Assembly (NCBI RefSeq): GCF_001447785.1
Contig: NW_015169792.1
Span: forward strand, 529,564 to 593,563
Direction of reading: 5' to 3'
From: Gekko japonicus
Lineage: Eukaryota
Length of the DNA stretch: 64,000 nt
A program made the translations under genes and the position numbers. Below, one piece after another: positions 14,086-24,176 of the stretch. The notes below the pieces were generated by a model. It made no database searches and was not told the origin of the DNA. It saw nothing but the letters and a program-made list of their open reading frames with translations. The stretch's first letter is position 1; every line of letters begins with the position of its first letter.

Positions 14086-14543
14086 GACATTCTTTCCTAC
14101 CATAGGTCCCTTCGAATTTACCTGAAAACTACTGAACTCACCTCTCTCCCATTCAATTATTCTCTGGTCACCCCCTTTTTTGAACTTGGGGATGCCACAC
14201 AACATCAGGCTTTTTCTTCCCACCCCCGATGGCTTCAGTTTAAAGCCCTCCTGATCAGAATCGCTAGTCTTCCAGGAAAGACGTTCCTCCCATTCTTTGT
14301 AAGGTGCACTCCATCCATTGCCAACATTCCCTGATGTCAGAGGTACATGCCATGGTCCAGGAAGCCAAATCCCTCTCGACGGCACCATCTATGTAACCAG
14401 CCATTCACCTCCAGTATCCTGTTCTCCCTTCCAGCTCCATGGCCCTCAACAGGTAAAATGGAGGAGAACACCACCTGTGCCCCCAGATCTTTCACCTTCT
14501 TGCCCAGAGCCTTGTAGTCTTTAGAGATCCATTCAAGGTTTCT

Positions 14544-16744
14544 ATCTTTCTTTCTTTCTTTTTTTTGAAACCCCTGAGGGGGTATTTTTATTATTTTTCA
14601 TAAGTCTACTAAACTACAACGAAAAATATAGGGAGGGGCTACATCTAGGGATAAAGGAAAGATACCCACACTAACTAAAAACCCAAGAGAAGGAGATCAT
14701 TTCCCTGTTAAGCTAAATGTAAGTAATAAAAGTGTTAGTAACACAATATACTTGTGAAGTTCTTGTTTTACACATCTTCTGTGTTAGTGAGTGTTGGGAT
14801 TCTTATTTAAAGTTTGTCAGCAGAGTATTAAAGAGACTGAGTCCATGGTGTGTTTAAAAGGATATAAAAGTTTACTATAACCTAGCATGGGGAAAAGGTA
14901 CACAGGATATAAAATAACAAAGAGCTTATATGCCTACATCCTTACAGCTAGAAGGTAAAACTGGAATGGAATGGCGTCTTCTTCTCGGTCAGAACAAAGA
15001 AACACAAAGACGGAAGAAAAGCCATAAAATGTTAATACTTGACACTTTGTTTCCAATCAGAGTAGCAAACTAGCTCCAAAGTTCCCGGGCTTCCTATAAT
15101 CTAAATAGATTGGTTACAAACAAACATGTGACTTAACAAACATCATTAACCCAGTAAATACTGAAGTGTTTTAACTTGTAACACCCAACAGTGAGTTAAT
15201 TTTTATGTGAGTACTTCTTGAGCATCTTCTTTACTTCAAAGAGCGATTTTCAGAGTCCTTCTGCCCTTACTTCAGTTTTCTGTCTCTAAAATCGTATACA
15301 GTTTTCATTGCTCCCGCTTCACCCACAGAGTCCTCGTCCGTTCCAGAAGTAGCAGAGTCACTTGATTTGGTTTCTTCATCTTTAAGTTCTTCCCTCGACC
15401 CCAGCTGACGTCTCAAAAACTCCTTAGCTTTAAAAATGGAGTCAATCTTATCTCTTTTATCGTTGATTTTAAAGATGACACATTCAGGATTCGCCCACCG
15501 ATACTGAATTCTATTGGTTTGAAGAAATGAGATTAGATCCTTGTAGCTTTTCCTCTTTTGACTTATTTCAAATGGAATGTCTTTTAAAGTCTTGATGATT
15601 GTATTCCCAAATTTCAGTGGATTTGCCGAAGTTGCCTTTAATATAGCATCTCTGGTCTGTCTTCTTGCAAATCTAACCACAATCTCTCCAAGCAGGCTAT
15701 TTTTTTAATATAATTGGAGTATGCCCTGTAGGCAGCCTCCATGTGTTTTACTATCTCCACTGCTGATAAGCCTGTTACTGGAGCAATAATCTCGCCCAGA
15801 GTCTTCTTCAGATCTTCTTTTCCAGTTTCAGGCACTCCCTGAAATCTGAGAATCATATTAGCTTTTTCCATTTGGAGCTGTAACAAACGGGTTTCCTGGA
15901 GTTTTTGTGTTGATTCCACATCTGTCACTCTTTTCTTCATTTTCTTATTTGCGGTGTCCATCTCTGTAATTTTCTCAGTTGCTTGCCCACTTTCTTCTCC
16001 GTTTCTGCCAGCTGGCACTGCTGTAGAGTGAAGTTTTGGTTTAGTGTGGCCAGTTGCTGGTTAATACCACCGAGTTGCTCCATTACCGGCATCAGCATAT
16101 CCGCTAACAACTTCATGACGTCTGCGCCCTCTTCTGGTCTTGGACTCTGACTGCCTGGTTTTGATTTAAACTTTCCTCAGGAAGCCGCCATGTTGCCTCT
16201 TTGTTTACAGTTTCAAACTGCTTTGTCAGGGCTCGAAAAACTTGTCTTTTCACTATTGGTACTCAAGTAAGCCTCTCAAAATAGTCTCGCTATTTATTTC
16301 CCCCCTACCCCCTTTGCTGCATTGATCTGTCCATGCGCTTAAGAGGCGTCCTTCCTTGCGCTCCGCTTTTCCCACGGGGGGGGAGTACTCCATTTTATCA
16401 AAATAGTTCGTTTACTTTGCACTCACGTTCATTGTTGGTCATATCTCAGACCTCGCTCTCTCATTCGTTGTTCGGCTTGATCTCCTGCGCTTGTCCTGGT
16501 CGAGTTAGCGTGTACCCGAAGGTCACTCGGCGGTAGGACCATCAGGGTGGGCGGAAGCCTCTATTCTCCAGCACCAAGTTGTCAAAGAGGCTAACCCTCA
16601 GAAGCCCTCTGGCCTGGAACCTATCGCAAGGGCTCTGTGGGGGTGCAACTTGAGGCAGCACCCCTCCGTGCCGCTGGTGTGCTAATTGCCTCCCTGTGAG
16701 CTGGGGAGAGCGACCGCCATCGCCAATCCGCAAACCGGAAGTCC
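14544..16744 (-). mobile_element. Complete ORF1-only L1-derived retroelement (HAL1-like)
   Basis: TSD GAGATCCATTCAAGGTTTCT at 14524-14543 and 16745-16764; 5' end GGACTTCCGG..GATGGCGG; AATAAA (14587-14592) about 20 nt before an A8(GAAA)3 tail; only ORF1 present. Confidence 0.88.
15267..16191 (-). pseudogene. L1 ORF1p-like protein (coiled coil, RRM, CTD; Transposase_22/L1TD1-like), ~308 codons, one stop and two frameshifts
   Basis: ATG in GGCAACATGGCG; heptad-rich N-terminus; ILRFQGVPE..EDLK; AYR; VRFARRQTRDAIL; LKDIP..QKRK; IQYRWANPECVIF. Confidence 0.85.
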
Positions 16745-17322
16745 GAGATCCATTCAAGGTTTCTTCGGGCCGTATCATTTGTTCCCACATGGATCAGCAG
16801 GAGCGGGTAGCGATCAGAGGTCTTGACCAGTCTTGGTATTCTCTCAGTCACATCTCGGATACACTCTCCAGGAAGACAACAAACCTCTCAAGATTCCTTG
16901 TCCGGTCTGCATACACCTTCTTCCGTCCCTCTCAGTAGGGAGTCACCAACCACCACTACTCGTCTCTTCCTCCGTGGGATAGCTTGGTTCCTTCTCTGCC
17001 TATGTGCTTCTATGTCAGTCACATCCTTTTGATCTTGGAGTGTGCTGTTCTGATCTTCCATCATCAGAAGCGGCTTAAGAGGATTTGTTGTAATTACTTT
17101 TTTATATTTCATTTATTTATTTATTTGTCAAATTTATACCCCGCCCTCCCCGCAAAGCAGCCTCAGGGCTGCTTCCAATAACATAAATACATAAATTCAA
17201 AATAAAAACATATATAATACGTAATTAAAACACCACAGTTAAAATAATACATTCATGATAACCTGGGAGAACAATCATATTTGGTCTGAAACATAAGGGG
17301 AAGAAAGTTGTTCCCTTCCCTA

Positions 17323-17574
17323 AGAGCCAGTGTAGTGTAGTGTAGTGGTTAAGGGCATCAGACTAATCTGGGGAACCAGGTTTGATTCCCTACTCCACCA
17401 CATGAAGCCAGCTGGGTGACCTTGGGTCAGTCACAGTTCTCTCAGAACTCTCTCAGCCCCACCTACCTCACAGGGTGTTTGTTGTGGGGAGAGAAAGGGA
17501 AAGTGGTTGTAAGCCCCTCCGAGACTCCTTTGGGTAGTGAAGAGCGGGGTATAAAACCAACTCTTCTTCTTCTT
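17323..17574 (+). mobile_element. Squam3-like SINE
   Basis: GAGCCAG..GTAGTGGTTAAG A-box, GGTTTGATTCC B-box, CORE-like GTGACCTTGGG, L2-type tail ending (CTT)n. Confidence 0.88.
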
Positions 17575-19601
17575 AATAGCATTTCTCTGGGATCTGGAAA
17601 CTGGCCATTTCTTTTCCTTGTCCTGAGTGGCTGTATCAATTCACCCAAAATATCACTGATTTCAGTGGAAACCTTAGTATGGATGGCCGTGGGGCCGTGG
17701 ACTGGTTATGGCCAATGGGTATGTCACCCCACCTGGTGCATTGTTTTATCTCAGCTGAAGATTTTTATTTTATTTTTTAAATGGGCCGTTTCAAGACTTT
17801 TTAGGGGGGGGAAGGAATTTTGAGGAAATTTTCTGATTCTTTTGGTACATTTTAAAAAATTATTTGCTATGACTGGGAGCTTGGCAAGATAATTAAAGGG
17901 ACGAATGGGTTTATTGAAGCAAGGACGCAGTTTAAATCCTGGGCAGTCACATTCTCCTGGGCAATGAGGTCACTGCTCATGTCCCTTCATGGAAGGGTCT
18001 GGCCACACCCAAAATTAGTGCAGTTTTACCTAGCTATGGCCCTGCCAGTGTACCACGAGGGTCATTTCTCTCCCTGTGTGGCTGTTTGGTGACCAATAAT
18101 TCTAGCCATGTCATATCATTAATACCACACATTCTTATGCATTCTGAATCAGGAGTTATCAGCCAAGACAAGACTTCCCCAATTTTTTTTTGCATAGTGG
18201 GACAGTTAGAAACGTGAGACTTCACTTCAGAGGGCATTAGTCGAAATAATTTGATTCCCATTGGATGGAATTGTTCCACATGAAGTATAACTACATATAC
18301 ATCCTTCCTTTGTTTCTTCATCATCTTTTTCCATGGCTGCCATGCTGTTGTTAATGTTCCTGGCTAAAGTCTCTCCCCCGCCCTGAGCCTGGCATTATCT
18401 TGTCTCCGTATAACCTCTGCACAGTTTTCCTATGATTGTTGTTAACAGTTTGCCCTCTTCAGAAACACACAGATTAATTGTCTCCCACTATTATCATGGC
18501 CTTGTTTCCTTCAGACTAGTGCCCTCCGAGTTTATTTCCCCAAAGCAGACGGGGGGGGGGGGACATCAGAGCCACAATACCGTAAATGAATGCTTTGTAG
18601 ACACAACAATAGCTGCTCATTGTATCCTACATAAACTACATTTAATTACCTTTAGATTACTCATTTTATTCAAAAACATTCATTTACAGCTGCAGATATT
18701 TAAGGAGCTTTCTGTATTACGTTGCGTTGAGTGGCGGAATAAAATTTCACAATGCTTATTCTAGCAAAGGAAAGCAGTTTTTGATTTAGAAAAACCACAT
18801 TTTATAGTTTATTACATTTCTGTTTAAGATCAGGACCACTTTTTATTCTCGTATGTGAAAGAAATTGGAAGACGGCTCTCTGAAAGTTCTAGCAAAACAA
18901 CGGCAGCCTAAGCCAAAATATATCACACAGAAGTAACATATTGAATGGTGACTGTAGTTTTACCTAACTGGACCTTAAAGCCAGTGATATACATACTGCC
19001 ATGGTTAGACACGATACGGCAGCTATGTGGTGCATTTATATTTTCAGTTGTACTGCCAAAGTGATAACTCTGTCTAATCTGTGAGTATGCTGGCTGTGGA
19101 TGCCTGAAAAGAAATACCCTAAAGGGTATGGCCCCAGATATCAAATCCATTCTCTGCCATCAGCACTCTGCATGATATTGGAAAGACACTTTCTTAAATC
19201 ATGCTTTCACTGTTTCTGAAGGGACCAGGATACTTTCCCCAGAAGGTTCTAGCCTTTTCCAAAACCAGTTTTGGCATAGCAAAGGTTCAGTATCTTAAGT
19301 TGGTAGCCTTGAGCACATGGAGTGAATTTAAGGGCCAGTGTGGTGTAGTGGCCAACTTCCCACAACTGCTTTGGGTTACTATGTCCATTAAGGGGGAAAG
19401 TGTGGTATAAAAATGAAGTTGAAAAAATAAGTAAAATGAATGTACTATACCCTAAGCTCCTTAAAGTAAACTCTTACTGGCCCTCCTCCCTGGTTGTGTG
19501 TGTGTGGGGGGGTGGTGGTTTTGGTATGTATATGTGTTTTTATTGTATTGTTCAATATTAATATATACATTTTAAAAGTTGGTTTAATTTTTAAATGTTT
19601 C

Positions 19602-19824
19602 AATGCCTGATGTCCACCATCTTGGGGACTCTGGGTGGAAAGACAGCATATAAATGTCAATGAATAACAGAAATAAAGGAGGACGGGAATAAAATTAGAT
19701 AAATTAGATCCCCATAATGCCTGATGTCCACCATCTGTTTGGGTGGAAAGGCAGCATATAAATGTCAACCAATAACAGAAATAAAGGAGAAGGGGAATAA
19801 AATTAGATAAATTAGATCCCCATA
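19602..19824. repeat. ~110-bp tandem duplication spanning an L2-type tail and its flank
   Basis: AATGCCTGATGTCCACCATCT..AAATTAGATCCCCATA starts at 19602 and again at 19716. Confidence 0.85.
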
Positions 19825-19917
19825 TAATTGTAACTAAGCATCACATGTAGTCTGAGTCTTAGTGACTCCACTTAGGAGAAGATGGTGCATAACAGTAGAA
19901 TGGCTTAAAGCTACTTA

Positions 19918-20375
19918 GGCCCCTGCCACACGGCAGGGAAAAGACGGGGCGAGGCGCGGCTTTTAAAAGCCGCATCAAAAAAGAAACGCCCCGGCAGGAT
20001 CCCACGGATCCCGGTTGCCGAGCTCCGTTGCTCCCCGGCACAATCAGATGCCGGGGAGGACGACACTCATCGGAGGGGGAGGCTCGAGCATGCGCAGTAC
20101 AGCAGGGGGCCGGGGATGCAACGGCGGCAAGACGTACCGCCGATCCCACGGGATGGCAGCAAGACGCGCCGCCGATCCCACGGGGAGGATGAAGCGGCTC
20201 AACCAGATGAACCACCGTAGGTAGGTGGTTCATCTTTGAGGCGCTTTATCGAGGGAAGGGCCGGGTTGGAGGCGGGAGCGCGACGCCAGGCAGATGTTGC
20301 CGTGGGATCGCGCCCGTCTGATGCACCTCCAATCCGGCCCACTCCCGGCCCAAACTGCCTTGTATGAACGGGACC
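19918..20375. mobile_element. CpG-rich MITE, probably PIF/Harbinger
   Basis: Imperfect TIRs GGCCCCTGCCACACGGCAG / CTGCCTTGTATGAACGGGACC; flanks TTA / TGA. Confidence 0.6.
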
Positions 20376-20715
20376 TGAGTTGTTTACTAAAGTGAGAGCT
20401 GGTTAAGGATTTCTCAGCTGGAAGCTAGTTCAGTTCACCATAGTTCTGTAGCCACTGTTTAGTGCTCACTAGGTTCAAAGCCTCAGGATTTAAAGGACAA
20501 GCTTTCCATTTACTGCATACATATGTGAAGTATATATATTACTCCCAAATTTTACAAGGGTTTTGCTATCTTTGCTCATTGCAAGAGTTATTAATGTATA
20601 CTGTATGTGGGATGATTGCATTTCTAGTGAGGTATGAATGTGAGTGAATTATGACGCACAGATAACACTGTGCAGCCATGTTGGAATTTGTCCGTTTTCT
20701 TTTATTCCCTCCTTC

Positions 20716-20930
20716 CTGTAAAGAGCTTGGTGTGACTTATATGGGTTTCCCCCCCACATAACCCTGTGTTATGTGAGGTAGATGAGGTTGGGAGTCGGGG
20801 ACTGGCCCAAGGTTCTGTCCCACTTTTCTCTACCTTAAAGAGTCTCAAAGCAGCTTACAATCACATTCCCTTCCTCTCCCACAACAGGCACCTTGTGAGA
20901 TAGGTGGGGCTGAGAGAGTTCTGAGAGAGG
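20716..20930 (-). mobile_element. Squam3-like SINE fragments
   Basis: GAGTCTCAAAGCAGCTTACAATC..GTGAGATAGGTGGGGCTGAGAGAGTTCTGAGAGA. Confidence 0.7.
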
Positions 20931-23249
20931 CAATCCAGAATCCAGACCACAACAGCATAGTGGTATGGAGAGAGGTGTGGAGAGAGGTGATTTCTACCAC
21001 AGATGTAGTATTCAAATCCCTTCCCCTTGTTTTATGATAGTTTGAGGCTAACAGAATCTGGAGTAGTACCAGGCCAGGTTTTACTAATGGTTTTATATAG
21101 GCTGGATCTAGACATGCTGCTATTAAGGGCTATGGCAGTCCTCATTCTGCTTTCTTTGTTTATTACTGTTTGTTATGAATAAGCTTATACTCTCTTTCCT
21201 TAAAAAGACCCTCAGCAGATTCTTGACTGAATCTTACATGGGATACAATTGAGGAATGGCCTTCCAGCCAGCATTTCCTAACCAAACGAAGGGCGCTTTG
21301 AACATGGTCAGAGACATTTTGATGTTAAATTTGGAAACAAAAAAGAAATAACTTTCCATTATCTCAGGAGTACTCTGCTGACAATAGCACAATTCATGAA
21401 AAAAGGTGGTGGCCCTCAGTGATTTAGACTTAAAAATTCAATTCATTGAGATGTTCCTGTCACTTCTCTTCCTTCCCCTCCCCTGTACTCTTCCAAATAC
21501 ATTACATAAATTCTGGTGGTTTGTTTGGCACCCTTTAATAGAGTAATTCTTATTCATAAAAGTGCTGGAATTCCATATTGCGTTTATATACATAACCACT
21601 GTTTAAATAAAAGGAATGAAGCTGTGGTAAATAAAGGTTGAAGAAAATAACAGAGTCAGGGGGAGTGGAAATTAAAAATGAAACAAAACATGATAGGCTG
21701 TGACCTTCGGATGAAATCAACTATTTAGCTGCCAGCAACATTCTTAGTATTCATTGTGGCTGCATGTGGATAATACCAGCAAAAAACTGAGAAAATATAA
21801 TTATCTTTTCCTCACTCTGCTTTTTAAAAAATGAACAAAAAATAACTTGACCATTGCATTGCAAGAACCTCATGCGTCATCATGGTGAAAAGAAACATGA
21901 TTTGTACACAAGGATAAATTTTTCATACTTCTATCAAACATTAATAATAAAGGGTTTTAATATTTATTGTTACCCGTGGCCAAAGTCTCTGAGTTCCTGC
22001 TCCAGTTGGGTCGACATCGAAATAGTGATTGCCTTTGGGTATGACTGATTGGGATGGTGTTCATGTTAGGGATTCCCCTCTGGAATAGCACACTAGTCAT
22101 CAGTTCTGCTTAATCTTCTTAACATTTGCTTTTAAATATTCAACTGTAATCTGCCTTTTTCTTGAATTCTAATGTGTTCTGTTTCCTTCTTTTTTTAACA
22201 ATGGCACAGCCCTTTCTGGAGGAACTTGCATTAATTTCAGCAGGGCATGTTCCATCCATCTCAGTAAGTTGTTTTCAGCCTCATTCAAGTGACTCTGCAA
22301 TGGTTCCACAAGGGTGATTTGTGAAACTATAACCAACATTCCACATGAACGTATTCAGGCAGAAATTTAAACTCTACATTTCTTCCCGGGGTATTCAAAG
22401 CTTTCTTAAAAGCTGCTTTGAGCAGCTGCTTTGGCCACAGAAGGGAGCATTTCAAGATTTTGGCAGATTCCCTTGTGATGGTCAAGCAACTGTTCAAAAT
22501 ATCAGCAAAGAGAAGATGGCTTCTGGGATTTGACAGGCAGTGACTTTGACCTTTAGGTCATTGTTATGAATGTGGCCCAGGAACAGGAAAGATCAAAAGT
22601 TAAAGACAGCTGGTGTAAGGGTGAGAATTTTTTTTTCAATTTGTGTAGGAGAGGCTACTATCATATAAAATATCATGCTATAACATATTTTAAATGATCC
22701 AAAATGCAAGTGGCTGGATTTGTATAGTTTTATGTTCCTTACAGTTACTCTTGACCAGTTATTATTAAAACTAGTAAGACCCATCATCCAAATTTGTGAA
22801 TCAATTGCTATAGTAAACTTTTCAGTTTCAGCAATTAAGCAGAATTTGGTCAATTGTTCATTTGTATTTGGAAGCGTGTTCTACTTCCAGCGTTTTGCCA
22901 GTGTGCTCTTTGCTGCTTCTGGAATATTTATTATTAAAAAATCTATCTTCGCTTCTCACAATTTCATACATATATCCCAGTAATACAATGAACATTATGT
23001 TTCGGGCTGTCCAATTGTACATATAACATGTACTGTAGCAGCATGGTGCCTATTGCAGATGAAACGGTGTTTGCATGCATTGGGAGGATCACAGACAGCA
23101 TAGGCTCCCCAATACATATGGGTGGCAAACAGGCCTTGGTTCCTGCCAGAGCGCACCGGAGCACCGCTCTGCCAGTCAGGAGCCCAAGGGGAGGGCACAT
23201 AAGCCCCGCCCCCTGCTCCCACCAGCCATCAGTTGGGACATGGTGGTGG

Positions 23250-23778
23250 GGAAAAACGTTCCCCCGCCTCCCTGAGCCCCGAGGTGGTAGCCTTGGACTC
23301 GTAGGGGAAAATTCCACTTCTCGCGTGTGATGTCACACACGAGAGGTCATTCTGGCTCCCCCAGCTCTCGGGAGGGGCTCTTTAAAATGTTATGGCCACT
23401 GTCACTGTTCTCGGCGGCAGCTGTGACGCCTGCGCGGGGGGAGGGGAGGGGCGAAATGTTATCTTGCCTCCCTGAGCCCCGGGGTGGTGGCCTTGAACTC
23501 GTGGGGGCAAATTCCACCTCTCGTGTGATGGCAAATTCCACCTCTCGTGTGATGGCAAATTCCACCTCTCGCATGTGACATCACACGCGAGAGGTCATTC
23601 TGGCTCCCCCAGCTCTCGGGAGGGGCTCTTTAAAAAGTTATGGCCGCCATCGCTGTTGTCGGCAGCAGCTGTGATGCCCGCGTGGGGGGAGGGGTGGGGC
23701 GAAATGTTCCCTTGCCTCCCTGAGCCCCGGGGTGGTGACCTTGGACTCATAGGGGAAAATTCCACCTCTCATGTGTGA
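23250..23778. repeat. 200-bp GC-rich tandem unit (~2.4 copies) with a 24-bp triplication
   Basis: GCCTCCCTGAGCCCC at 23266, 23466 and 23714; GCAAATTCCACCTCTCG x3 at 24-bp spacing. Confidence 0.9.
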
Positions 23779-23867
23779 GATGTGTCCTGGTCTTGTGTCT
23801 TACAGATAATCTTACAAATAGTCCTTTGCATTTATATTAGGCTTTCAACTTTAAAAGGATCATAATA

Positions 23868-24176
23868 CTGATTGTGTGAACTTAGGCAAATCATGAGAGG
23901 TAGAGCAGGAAGGGTTGCATCAGTGCTTAGTTCTTGTGGCCCTTTCTTACACACCCAGGGAAATGCTGATCCCCACTTTGGGGCCAGGAAGCAATTTTTC
24001 TCCAGGCCAGTTTGGCCCCCAGTGATCCAGGAGGTTTTTTTTTATCATATTCTGGGTGGTGGAACAGGGGTCACTGGGGTGTGTGGGGGGTATTGGTGAA
24101 TTTCATGCATTGTGCAGGGGGTTGGACTAGATGACCCTGGAGGTCCCTTCCCACTCTATGAGTCTATGATTCTATC
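23868..24176 (+). mobile_element. CR1 3'UTR fragment
   Basis: Matches 445-750; ends CTATGAGTCTATGATTCTAT. Confidence 0.88.

Larger units (their letters stand above)
14240..17000 (-). pseudogene. CR1 ORF1 SGNH/GDSL esterase-like domain, split by the insertion
   Basis: Removing 14544-16764 rejoins ..HVGTNDTARRNLEWIS|KDYKALGKKVKDLGAQVVFSSILPV..GFGFLDHG..DGVHLTKNG. Confidence 0.9.
11588..17095 (-). mobile_element. Near full-length CR1 LINE, interrupted by a 2.2-kb L1-derived insertion and an N gap
   Basis: ORF1 esterase (RVVVVGDSLLRG, HVGTND, DGVHL), ORF2 APE (LRCLYTNAQSMGN, TRGSAILDLILTN, SDH) and RT (LFNVFINDL, KFADDTKL), CR1 3' tail near 11590. Confidence 0.95.

Noticed and set aside
19918-20375. 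CpG-island promoter (also 43321-43842, 34800-35150 and 16200-16744)
   Set aside because: The CpG richness is confined within transposon boundaries or repeat units.
23507-23575. CRISPR-like array (also 33454-33508)
   Set aside because: Head-to-tail repeats without unique spacers, in a vertebrate genome.
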